A stretch of 64,000 nt of DNA, taken from an uncultured Clostridia bacterium (GTDB lineage: Bacteria > Bacillota > Clostridia > Christensenellales > Borkfalkiaceae). This document shows positions 43,388 through 51,844 of the stretch, piece by piece; the first letter of the stretch is position 1; each line of letters opens with the position of its first letter. The notes under the pieces were generated by a model. The model saw nothing but the letters and a program-made list of their open reading frames with translations. It was not told the origin of the DNA and searched no databases. The DNA lies in NCBI GenBank assembly GCA_947624805.1, contig CANQLW010000001.1:37073-101072 (forward strand). The letters run 5' to 3'. The translations under genes and the position numbers were made by a program.

Positions 43388-44233
43388 TCATCCCGAGACG
43401 AGGGTTTTCAGAGGGTTTGCATATTGCCCCGCGGCGCAGGCGGTGAGGAGTTCCTCCTCGCTCAGCTCTGCATAGAACGTCCCCGCTTCGAAGAGGAGCA
43501 AGGTAAGATACCTGTCCTCCCGCAGATATCGGATCGCGTCCTGCACGGTCGCATCCGCGGAGAGGGCGATACGGATCTCCTCCACCCCGCGTGAAAAAGA
43601 TCTCTCCCGTGAAAAGGGCATACGTCTGTAACCCCCGCCGCCGAATGCGCCCGCGGCGAGAAGGAGCGCAAAAAAGAGCGCCGAAAAAGCGGGCTCCGAG
43701 AAGCAACTCCAGATAAAGAGCCCGAGGAGAACGGCGGCGATCGCAAGGGTCAGGGCACGGCAGAGAAGCATCGCCCGCCGCTCCCCGAGCGGGGAGAGCA
43801 GGATCCTGAGGATGCGTCCGCCGTCGAGCGGCCATGCGGGGAGCAGGTTCACGAGGCATAAAGACACCGAGACATACGCCGCCACGTCCGTGTAGGCATA
43901 CGTCTCGGGAAAGAGCCACCACAGGGAGATAAAGAGGAGCGCGGTCAGGGCATTGGCGAGCGGTCCCGCGAGGCAGACCGCGATCTCCTGCTTGGGCGGG
44001 ATCCCGCCGAGATCCCCCGAAATGACGGCGCCGTACGGCATCAGCACGACCCTGTCGAGCACGAAACCGTAACGTCTCGCCGCAAAGGCATGAGCGCACT
44101 CGTGCTCGAGCGCCGCAAGTACGGCGGAGAGGAAGACGAGCAGTTTCCCCGTGAATGCCGAGAGGATCCCCGCTGCAAAAAAGAGCGGGTGGATCCGCAG
44201 CTTCTCAGCTCCACGCAAGCGTGTTTTCCGCAA
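43388..44233 (-). CDS. spoIVFB: Site-2 (M50) intramembrane metalloprotease, SpoIVFB-like
   Basis: HECAH (HExxH) and NLLPAWPLDGGRI (NxxPxxxLDG) are present. The N-terminus KLRIHPLFFAAGILSAFTGKL resembles that of B. subtilis SpoIVFB. The C-terminal region is CBS-like. Confidence 0.8.
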   Translation of the reverse strand: MRKTRLRGAEKLRIHPLFFAAGILSAFTGKLLVFLSAVLAALEHECAHAFAARRYGFVLDRVVLMPYGAVISGDLGGIPPKQEIAVCLAGPLANALTALLFISLWWLFPETYAYTDVAAYVSVSLCLVNLLPAWPLDGGRILRILLSPLGERRAMLLCRALTLAIAAVLLGLFIWSCFSEPAFSALFFALLLAAGAFGGGGYRRMPFSRERSFSRGVEEIRIALSADATVQDAIRYLREDRYLTLLLFEAGTFYAELSEEELLTACAAGQYANPLKTLVSG

Positions 44234-44951
44234 CCGTATATTGATCGATGAGCGAGCCGTCCGAATAGAACATCACCCGTACGGCATCCTCGCCGTCCGT
44301 ATAGCCGAAGGGGACGTTGCTCTTCACGTTCTGCCCGACCGTAAAATAGACATTGTCGAGCCCCGAGATGACGGTCGAGAAGGAATCGGAATGCTTGATC
44401 TCGACGGTATATCCGCTCTCGCTGTCCCCGTTCACGGAAGCGAGCGTCCCCTCACAGGGAGCATAGACGGTGCATTTCGCCGTAAAGCTCAGTACCCCCG
44501 TTTCATTGACGGCGAGCTCCACGTCCGTATAGTCATTGACGAGCGGAGAGAGGGTGAAATCCGAATAGGTACGGCTGTCCACCGTCTCGGCGTTTCCGCG
44601 GAAGAGCCCGCGTACAAAGGTATTGATGGCGCTCGAGGGGAGAAAGATATTCGTGAGGAAGATCGCGGCACAGAGTGCACAGACGGCGGCAAATTCCCCG
44701 ATGACGAGGCGGCGCAGGCGGCGATCCTTCCCCGACTCCGTCTTCATCTCCCGCTCAATGGGACGGCTCTCGGCGAAGAGCGGGTCGTCCGCCTCCTCCA
44801 TGCGGTCATTGACCTGCTCCACGAGACGGTCGGAGAGGTCCTCCTTCTGTTCCTTTTGCTCCTTCTTCTTTTTGGGCTTCTCCTTTCGGTTCATCGTTAC
44901 GGTCTCGACTGGGATCTCAAGCATCTCGGCATAGTTCAACTCATCGTTCAT
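44205..44951 (-). CDS. spoIVFA: SpoIVFA-like membrane protein with a LytM/M23-like C-terminal domain
   Basis: One TM helix (LVIGEFAAVCALCAAIFLTNIFL). The M23-like segment is PCEGTLASVNGDSESGYTVEIKHSDSFSTVISGLDNVYFTVGQNV. It overlaps the M50 gene, as in spoIVF operons. Confidence 0.6.
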   Translation of the reverse strand: MNDELNYAEMLEIPVETVTMNRKEKPKKKKEQKEQKEDLSDRLVEQVNDRMEEADDPLFAESRPIEREMKTESGKDRRLRRLVIGEFAAVCALCAAIFLTNIFLPSSAINTFVRGLFRGNAETVDSRTYSDFTLSPLVNDYTDVELAVNETGVLSFTAKCTVYAPCEGTLASVNGDSESGYTVEIKHSDSFSTVISGLDNVYFTVGQNVKSNVPFGYTDGEDAVRVMFYSDGSLIDQYTVAENTLAWS

Positions 44952-45030
44952 AACACACCTCTTTTTGTTGATTTTGACGCTTCTGCGCCGTTCGCAATCA
45001 TAATGTATGCCGCCGATGTCCCGTTTAGAA

Positions 45031-45062
45031 GAAAAAATCCCTGTCGAAGACGCACGACAGGG
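45031..45062 (-). terminator. Rho-independent terminator after the cysteine desulfurase gene
   Basis: ccctgtcg (45039-45046) pairs with cgacaggg (45055-45062). On the minus strand it is followed by attttttc. Confidence 0.55.
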
Positions 45063-45138
45063 AGGGATTTATGGGAATTACGGGCGTTTAGCCCGTTTGG
45101 GACGTTCGGAGCATTCTGCCGCGGTCGGGCGTAGCGGC

Positions 45139-46239
45139 TCAGAGCGCCTTGACGGCGCGGATGACGGCCTCGGCGGCGAACAGGGTCTCTTCCTCCGTCG
45201 TCTCCCGCCCGAAGGAGAAACGGACGCCCCGCCGCGCCTCTTCTTCGCTCCGCCCCATTGCAAGAAGGACGTGCGAGGGAAGGCTCGCGTGCGCCGAACA
45301 GGCCGCCCCGCCCGAGCAGGCGACGCCGTTGAGATCGAGGAGATTCAAAAGGACCTCGCCGCCGTGCTCAAAGGTCATGTGGGAGATGTTGGGGGCACGG
45401 TTTGCGCCGTCGGTTTTCACCCCGCCGCCGAGCGCGGACAGGATCTTGTCCTCAAAGAGATCGCGAAGTCTGCCCGTATGGGCACAGAACGCTTCCCGTT
45501 CCTCACAGGCGAGCTCGAGCGCTCTCGCAAAGCCGACGATCCCCGCGACATTAAGCGTCCCGCCGCGGAGGGAATGTTCCTGCTCCCCCCCGACGATCAG
45601 GGGCTTCATCGGCACTTCCTTCTTGACGATGAGCGCGCCGATTCCCTTGGGCCCTCCGATCTTATGGGCGGAGAGGGCGACGGCATCCGCGTTTTGCAGG
45701 ATTTTTTGAAGGTCCTGCGTGCACGCCGCCTGTACACAATCGGAGAAGAGATACCCGCCCCGTGCGTGTGCGATACGAGCCGCTTCTGCAACTGGCTGGA
45801 TGCAGCCCGTCTCATTATTGACACCCATGACCGCAACGAGAGGGTGGTTTTCGGACATGGTAGTCTCAAATTCGTTCAAGGACAGGATCCCGTCCTCACG
45901 GCACGGACATGGTACCGCCTTTCCGACCGCTCTGAGGGGAATTGCCGATAAAACGGCGGCGTGTTCTGCTGTAAAGTAGAGGAGATCCCCCGCCCCGAGA
46001 CAGCGAATCGCCCAGTTGTCCGCCTCCGTACCGCCCGAGGTAAAATAGACTTCTGCGGGTTTGACGCCGAGGAGCGCGGCGATGCGGTCACGCGCGGCAG
46101 TCACGAGATGTGCCGCCCGTCTGCCGAAGCTGTGGAGGGAGTCGGGGTTGCCGAAATCCTCTTTGAGGACGGGGAGCATCGCCCCGAGGACTTCGCTCCG
46201 CAGCGGCGCCGTCGCCGCATGATCGAGATAGACGTTCAT
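45139..46239 (-). CDS. nifS: Cysteine desulfurase (NifS/IscS class)
   Basis: The start was reassigned to MNVYLDHAATAPL (46239). The PLP-Lys motif is SAHKIGGPKGIGAL and the catalytic Cys loop is SGGAACSA. Confidence 0.9.
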   Translation of the reverse strand: MNVYLDHAATAPLRSEVLGAMLPVLKEDFGNPDSLHSFGRRAAHLVTAARDRIAALLGVKPAEVYFTSGGTEADNWAIRCLGAGDLLYFTAEHAAVLSAIPLRAVGKAVPCPCREDGILSLNEFETTMSENHPLVAVMGVNNETGCIQPVAEAARIAHARGGYLFSDCVQAACTQDLQKILQNADAVALSAHKIGGPKGIGALIVKKEVPMKPLIVGGEQEHSLRGGTLNVAGIVGFARALELACEEREAFCAHTGRLRDLFEDKILSALGGGVKTDGANRAPNISHMTFEHGGEVLLNLLDLNGVACSGGAACSAHASLPSHVLLAMGRSEEEARRGVRFSFGRETTEEETLFAAEAVIRAVKAL

Positions 46240-46311
46240 GCCCGTATTATACCGCACCCGCCCGTGCAAGTCAAGCAATTCCCCCGCTACGCCGTCCCTC
46301 TTAGAACGGAG

Positions 46312-48834
46312 TCAGGGCTCGGCGGAGACGAGATAGAGCGAGCCGAGCGTTCTGGAATAGGAGATATACCGCTCGTTGTAGGTCATATCGCCGTCAAAGA
46401 TGACCGCGGCGTCAAATTCAAGGCCCTTGCATTGCTCCACGGTATGGACATATCCCGCGAGCGCGTCGTTTTTTGCAAGCCGTTCTGCCGTCACCGCGTC
46501 CCGTCCGCTGATGATGATCGCCACCCTCGCGCCCTCCTCCTGAAAGGCGAGATACCGCCCGATCTCCCGCTCCTTCACGGACAGCACCTTCGCGCCGTCG
46601 ATCCCGAGCGGCGTCATCCTCTTTTGCAGTCTTTCATTGATGAACGCCGTCACTTCCTGTGTATTACGATAGTTCTCATTGAGTTCATAGCAGGAGAACG
46701 TTCCGATGCTCTCAAGGCGTGACCAGCTGTCCACGCCCCGCGAGGGGTCAACGCGCTGGTCGATATCCCCGAAGATATTGAATGCGGCCCTTCTGCCGCA
46801 GACGGCACGCAGGAGCCGATACTCGTTCGGGTCGAGATCCTGTCCCTCATCGATACAGATGAGTTGGCCCTCATACAAATTCCCGCTCCTCTTTTTGGCG
46901 CCGCCGAACAGGAAATTCATCAATGTCTCAGCATAGAGCTCACCGCGGGAACATCCCTTCCGTGCACGGTCCTCCCCATAGCGTACCCCGTAACGGGAAA
47001 GCGAGAGTTTGGGCCTTTCGGGAGCGCCGATGTTTTCGAAATGAAAGGTAAGAGGCCTCTGCGCCTCCCGACACTTTGCACAAAATCTCCTGCTGAGATA
47101 GGGAAGATCGGCGGGCTCGAGGCGGCCCTTGCTGCAACGGCTGCAAAAACTACCCTTGATCCACTCACTGCGGTTGGCAAAGTCCCGTCCGCCGTCCTGA
47201 TAGCGGTCGTTGAGCTCCTCGAACTCCCTTACGCGCGCCGCCCACTTTTCCCCTTCCTGGGCAATGCGTGCGCTCAGGGTCTCATAAAAGGCATCGGAGT
47301 AGTAATATCTGTCGGCGTCTGCATCCCCGTCCTGCTGTTCCGAGAGCCGTGCACGGAGTTCGCGCACTCTGTCATCGTCGACATAACGGGAGAGAACGTC
47401 GAGGTAGAATTCGGTGACTGTCCGCAGTCTGACCTGTTGCAGGCGCAGATCGTGGATAACGGGCGCAATGTGCTGTTTGAATTCCTCGCTCGGCACGATC
47501 ACGGTGACGGCGCTGAGGTCCAGCGCCCCGCGGAATGCCAAAAATTCAAGCCGCTGCAGGAGGATCATCGTCTTGCCGCAGCCCGCGCAGCCCTGTACGA
47601 TCAGGTTCTCCCCGCGGGGACGAGTGATGATCTGGGTCTGGTTTTCCTGTATGGTCGGGATGATGTCCGTGAGCCGCTTGTCATTCTTTTTCCGTTCGAG
47701 AATACGGGCGAGGAAGCGGTCATAGACGATCTCGTCCTGCCCGACTCCCCGAAGATAACTTTGAAAGACCTCGACCAGTTGTCCTTTTCTGATGTCAAAG
47801 CGGCGCTTGAAGAGGACGGTATATTCGATTCCCTCATAAGAAAAACCGGTGAGACGGTCATAGATATGTGCGGGCACGGGCGCATTGTGTGAATAGACGG
47901 TGAGCCGATCGTCGCTGCCCAGCATAAAGTAGTCCTGTCCGATGTAGAGATCCAGCTGCTCGCCCCCGCCGCTTTCCAATAGCATACGCCCGAAGTAGGG
48001 ATCGTCGAGACGGGCACGGAGGAACCCGAGCTTCTCGCGCTTGTTCATCGCCCGCTCCTTCCCTGCCTGAAAGACACGGAGATCGGCGAGGTCGCGGACA
48101 TCTTTGATATCTTCGTTGAATTGCGCCTCACGGTCCAAACGGCGGATCTGTTCCTTCATGCGCTCCCGCAGAAAGGCGAGATGCTCCGTTTCCTCCTGTT
48201 TGATCGCATTTTTATCGGCATCTGCCGCACGCAGACGGCGTACAGAGACAAAGGCACGGTGCAGGATCTCGCCGTGGACATCTGTGATCGTGCCGTGGGC
48301 CGGATCGAAATCTTCTTCGGTGAACGCGCCGTCCTCATCGTCGTCTGATGCCTCGTACTCCTCTTCCGCGGTCTCTGCCGAGAGACGGGAGATCCTTTCC
48401 GCTGCCTCTTCATCCCCCAACTCCGCCGCGAGACGGAGAAAACCGAGCGCTTTTTCATCGTCCCGTTCCGCCTGACCGCCCTCCGAATAGGCACGAAAGA
48501 GCCATTGGACGGAGGGAAGATAGGCGAGCGCCGCCGCTTTGCTGTGGCAGTAAATCGCCTTTTGGAGATTCTTCCCGATCCCGAGCCCGCGTTCGAAGAG
48601 GAGGCCGAGACGGTACATACAAACGGCATGACCGCACTGCGCGCCGAAACGGTAAAGATATGCCGCGTCGAGATAATTTTGCTGCCGTTCCCGCTCCTCC
48701 GCGGCGGCACAGATCTTTTCGGCGGAGGCATAGAAGCCGTCGAGATTGAAGCCGCATTCGGGGCAATATTTCGCCGATTTTTCGAATACGTTTCCACATT
48801 GCGGACAGAATATTTCCCTCTTCTTTTGCTCCAT
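46312..48834 (-). CDS. HelD/UvrD-like SF1 helicase with an N-terminal zinc ribbon and Sel1-like repeats
   Basis: CPQCGNVFEKSAKYCPECG is the zinc ribbon. YRLGLLFERGLGIGKNLQKAIYCHSKAA is Sel1-like. Walker A is QGCAGCGKTM, with CIDEGQDL and CKGLEFDAAVIFD. Confidence 0.8.
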   Translation of the reverse strand: MEQKKREIFCPQCGNVFEKSAKYCPECGFNLDGFYASAEKICAAAEERERQQNYLDAAYLYRFGAQCGHAVCMYRLGLLFERGLGIGKNLQKAIYCHSKAAALAYLPSVQWLFRAYSEGGQAERDDEKALGFLRLAAELGDEEAAERISRLSAETAEEEYEASDDDEDGAFTEEDFDPAHGTITDVHGEILHRAFVSVRRLRAADADKNAIKQEETEHLAFLRERMKEQIRRLDREAQFNEDIKDVRDLADLRVFQAGKERAMNKREKLGFLRARLDDPYFGRMLLESGGGEQLDLYIGQDYFMLGSDDRLTVYSHNAPVPAHIYDRLTGFSYEGIEYTVLFKRRFDIRKGQLVEVFQSYLRGVGQDEIVYDRFLARILERKKNDKRLTDIIPTIQENQTQIITRPRGENLIVQGCAGCGKTMILLQRLEFLAFRGALDLSAVTVIVPSEEFKQHIAPVIHDLRLQQVRLRTVTEFYLDVLSRYVDDDRVRELRARLSEQQDGDADADRYYYSDAFYETLSARIAQEGEKWAARVREFEELNDRYQDGGRDFANRSEWIKGSFCSRCSKGRLEPADLPYLSRRFCAKCREAQRPLTFHFENIGAPERPKLSLSRYGVRYGEDRARKGCSRGELYAETLMNFLFGGAKKRSGNLYEGQLICIDEGQDLDPNEYRLLRAVCGRRAAFNIFGDIDQRVDPSRGVDSWSRLESIGTFSCYELNENYRNTQEVTAFINERLQKRMTPLGIDGAKVLSVKEREIGRYLAFQEEGARVAIIISGRDAVTAERLAKNDALAGYVHTVEQCKGLEFDAAVIFDGDMTYNERYISYSRTLGSLYLVSAEP

Positions 48835-48861
48835 TCCCGTGTTCTCCTTTGTTCACCGTTT

Positions 48862-48890
48862 ATTCTATCATAATTTTTTATGAAAAACAA
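48862..48890 (-). promoter_or_regulatory. Candidate promoter of the helicase gene
   Basis: Read on the minus strand: ttgttt (48885-48890), a 17-nt spacer ending in tga, then tagaat (48862-48867). RBS aaaggagaa precedes the ATG at 48834. Confidence 0.4.
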
Positions 48891-48929
48891 CGCGATTTCG
48901 CATTTTTACTCCATAATCCCCGAAAATTT

Positions 48930-49400
48930 CATCCGTCACCCCGCCCCGCGTGCGTTCTGCGTCATCCTGAGACGGTGAAAAAGAACGAAGTCCGCCCCGC
49001 GCGCGTTCTATTACACAAAGCGCGGCACGAGCGGCCTTGCCGCGAAGTAAGGATCCCCTCAAACGGAGTCCGCCCCTCGCCCACTCTCCTTCTCTCTGCG
49101 TCATCCTGAGACAGTGAGCCGTACGCAGTCCGAACGGCAATTTTCGAAGGATCCCCTCAAACGGAGTCCGCCCTTGCCCACCCCTTGAGGGGTGGGTGTC
49201 ACGGCTTCGCCGTGACGGAAGGGGTGTTCTCTTGGCGCCCCTCATAGGGGAGCTGGCGCCGAAGGCGGCTGAGGGGTTTTGAAACCCTATCCCCCGCTAC
49301 GCGGGTACTTCCCCTACGAGGGGAAGCAAGTGCCAATTTACTACGCGGGTACTTCCCCTACGAGGGGCAGCGAGGGCCTCTCGCCCGCCTCATTTCCTTG
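48930..49400. repeat. Cluster of mosaic GC-rich hairpin repeats (family copy R4)
   Basis: gtcatcctgag occurs at 48961 and 49100. Hairpins include cccacccc ttga ggggtggg and gtcacggc ttc gccgtgac. ctacgcgggtacttcccctacgagggg occurs twice, about 43 bp apart. Confidence 0.7.
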
Positions 49401-49448
49401 CTCTCTCATATTTTCCGAAAAATTTTTTGAGAAAAATTACAGAGGGGG

Positions 49449-49477
49449 TTGCAATTTGTCGAAAAATTGAGTATAAT
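49449..49477 (+). promoter_or_regulatory. Candidate sigma-A promoter upstream of radC
   Basis: ttgcaa (49449-49454), a 17-nt spacer, then tataat (49472-49477). It would give a leader of about 260 nt. Confidence 0.45.
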
Positions 49478-49527
49478 AAGCAAAACTAAAACATCGGGTC
49501 CGTCACAAAGTTTATTCATATATATCA

Positions 49528-49731
49528 GATCAACAAAGTAAACAAAGTAAACAAAATAAACAAAGAGACAACCCAAAAACCAACCCAAACAGCAATTCAT
49601 CAAACAACCCACGAAATAATCTAAACGACAACCCAAACGATAACCCAAGCCACAACCCAAAAGATAAAAAACAAGACAACTCCAACAGACAACCCAAGCA
49701 ACAACCCACAGACACATCAATCAATAAACCA
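49528..49731 (+). repeat. A+C-rich, G/T-depleted degenerate 12-nt-periodic repeat array
   Basis: AACCCA starts at 49570, 49582, 49606, 49630, 49642, 49654, 49691 and 49703, with a variant aactcca at 49678. Most spacings are 12 or 24 nt. My hand count for 49531-49730 is 15 G and 15 T in 200 nt. Confidence 0.8.
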
Positions 49732-49743
49732 AGGGGAAAGAGT

Positions 49744-50589
49744 ATGGCAAACAGATCGAGGAAAAAGAGTAATCAGGATGAACCGACAGACCTAATCCCG
49801 AACGGAACGGAGGAAGAATCCGTACCCAAAAAGACGAAAGCAGATAAACCGGGGAAAGGAGCCATGCACGACGGTCATCGGGAGAGAATGTATAACCGTC
49901 TGTCCAAAGACGATACATTAGAAGATCATGAACTCCTCGAACTCCTACTCTTCTTCGTCATCCCCAGAAAGAATACCAACGAAACAGCCCATCTGCTCCT
50001 CAATAGCTGTAAGAGTCTTTCAGGTGTCTTCCATACCAATCCCACAGTACTTCAGTCGGTAGAAGGAGTAGGACCGCAGACGTCGTACTTTCTCAGAGGG
50101 ATCGGAGAACTCTATGACAGAATGGGAAAGGAAGGGCTTCGTCCGAAGGGAGGAGATCCGTTCTCTTTCAGTGAGTTCAGGAAACACGTACAGGAAAAGT
50201 ATAAGCCTTTCAATTATGAAGTTCTTGAGTTTTACAGTGTAGACTCCAAAGACAGGATCACATTCTCTTCTATGATATCATCGGGAGAGAATGATCATGT
50301 GGCGGTGGCGCCTGAGGATATTACCAAATTTCTTGCGGAGAACAAACCGAGCGGGTTTGCGGTGGCACATAATCATCCGAATGCTTCTTGTCTTCCGTCT
50401 GAGAGGGACAATGACTTTACGAAGAGGATTCATCTGATCTGTGCGTTGAACAATGTGAGATTTCTCGATCATGTGATCGTCGGGAATGATGCTGTGTACA
50501 GTTACAGACTGACGGGACAGTTAGGACGGATCGAGAAGCAGTGCGACATCGATCGGCTCATTCACTCGGACCTTCCCCCTGAGTGGTAA
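49744..50589 (+). CDS. radC: RadC-family JAB/MPN domain protein
   Basis: The JAB motif is AVAHNHPNASCLPSERDNDFTKRI. The N-terminal HhH-like region is GHRERMYNRL...ELLELLLFFVIPRKNTNETAHLLL...GVGPQT. A Lys-rich 40-aa N-terminal extension means the start could instead be the internal Met at aa 41. Confidence 0.8.
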   Translation: MANRSRKKSNQDEPTDLIPNGTEEESVPKKTKADKPGKGAMHDGHRERMYNRLSKDDTLEDHELLELLLFFVIPRKNTNETAHLLLNSCKSLSGVFHTNPTVLQSVEGVGPQTSYFLRGIGELYDRMGKEGLRPKGGDPFSFSEFRKHVQEKYKPFNYEVLEFYSVDSKDRITFSSMISSGENDHVAVAPEDITKFLAENKPSGFAVAHNHPNASCLPSERDNDFTKRIHLICALNNVRFLDHVIVGNDAVYSYRLTGQLGRIEKQCDIDRLIHSDLPPEW

Positions 50590-50678
50590 GGGAAAGAAGA
50601 GATTGGTTGAGATAGAGGAAAAGTCAGATAACCTGATAACCTGATACCTAAATGAGTAAATACCCTGATACCCCAAAA

Positions 50679-50706
50679 GGAGAAAGCAGCCGCTTTCTCC
50701 TTTTTT
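50679..50706 (+). terminator. Rho-independent terminator after radC
   Basis: ggagaaagc (50679-50687) pairs with gctttctcc (50692-50700), followed by tttttt. Confidence 0.65.
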
Positions 50707-50719
50707 GATTAAAGGGGGG

Positions 50720-51250
50720 GAAGGATGATGAGAGAACACCCCTTCCGTCACTCGCGTTGCTCGTGCCACCCTTCTCGCGCAGGTAGAGTCCTGCGCTTGG
50801 TCATCGTTCGCGCCTCTGATGCGCTCACTCATGTCGCAACGCGCGAAAGGTCCACTGGACCTTTCGCAGAACGCGTTGCTCCACCTCAAGGGGTGGGCAA
50901 GAAATGGGGTGGGCATTATCCCCTCCTCAGTCGCGCTTCGCTCGACAGCTGTCTCGGGCGGGTAGAGCCCCGCCCTACTTCGCGGCAAAGCCGCTCGTGC
51001 CGCGCTTAGTGCAATAGAACGCGCGCGGGGCGGTCACCGCTCGCGCCTCTGATGCGCTACTTCGTCGCTGACGCTCCTCGTGCCGCCCTTCGACGACAAA
51101 AGAACGTGCGGGCGGGGCGCTCATGTCGCAACGCGCGAAAGGTCCACTGGACCTTTCGCAGAACGCGTTGCTCCACCCTCGGGGGAGCTTTGTCGGACTT
51201 CGTTTGAGGGGATCCTTCGGCTACGTCTCAGTCACGCTATGTGTGGCTGA
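50720..51250. repeat. Cluster of mosaic GC-rich repeats (family copy R5); includes direct-repeat copy A at 51054-51219
   Basis: It contains the 11-bp-stem hairpin gcgaaaggtcc act ggacctttcgc twice (about 50836 and 51135). 51054-51219 is repeated at 55397-55562. Confidence 0.75.
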
Positions 51251-51545
51251 GATGGGGAATAAGGGGGGTAAAATTCTCACCTCTACCCATTTCAAGAGGG
51301 TCCGATCGACCTTATATTAAGACGAGCACGCGCCACGCTGTCACAGCCCTAACTTTTTCAGTAAAATCAAAAAATTATAATTACAATCAGCGCAGGGAAA
51401 TATTGGGGGGCAAATTGGAAAACAACTCCATCTTTTGCGCGAAATTTTAGGCTTAAGCAATATTAGCAAACACAAAAGTTATTCCTGTATAATCAAGGAG
51501 CAATCTAATATTTGAAGAATATTAGAAAAATGTGTCGAAAAATTA

Positions 51546-51575
51546 TTGACAAATATTTTTTCGCTGTGGTATATT
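51546..51575 (+). promoter_or_regulatory. Candidate extended -10 promoter of the AT-rich cassette
   Basis: ttgaca (51546-51551), an 18-nt spacer, then tgg+tatatt (51567-51575). RBS aggaga lies 8 nt before the ATG at 51606. The palindrome ctaatatt tgaag aatattag (51505-51525) lies just upstream. Confidence 0.5.
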
Positions 51576-51605
51576 GTTGTTGAAAAAATTTAGGAGATAT
51601 TAAAA

Positions 51606-51830
51606 ATGGATAACGAATCAAATCGTGAGAAATTTGTAAGGTTGGCGGAAGCAAGAACTCAAAAAATCATTGATACAATAAAGCTATTGGGTAATTGCTC
51701 TAATCGGTATGTGTATGAATATACCGAAAAAGACGTGGAAAAGATTTTTTCTACGATTGAAGCAGAACTCAAAACTGCAAAGGCAAAATTCACCGGCGGC
51801 GGTAGCAAAGAAACGAGATTTAAGCTCTAA
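51606..51830 (+). CDS. Small hypothetical helical protein (first gene of the cassette)
   Basis: 74 aa with a good RBS. Its AT-rich codon usage matches the two downstream genes. No motif recognised. Confidence 0.55.
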   Translation: MDNESNREKFVRLAEARTQKIIDTIKLLGNCSNRYVYEYTEKDVEKIFSTIEAELKTAKAKFTGGGSKETRFKL

Positions 51831-51844
51831 TTGCGAGGGTGCAA

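Noticed and set aside
49406-49720. 104-aa Cys/Gly/Leu/Val-rich minus-strand ORF
   Set aside because: It is the reverse-complement reading of the 12-nt-periodic A+C-rich array. The periodic low-complexity translation (GCxLG..., FVYFVYFVYF) is a repeat artefact, and there is no RBS.
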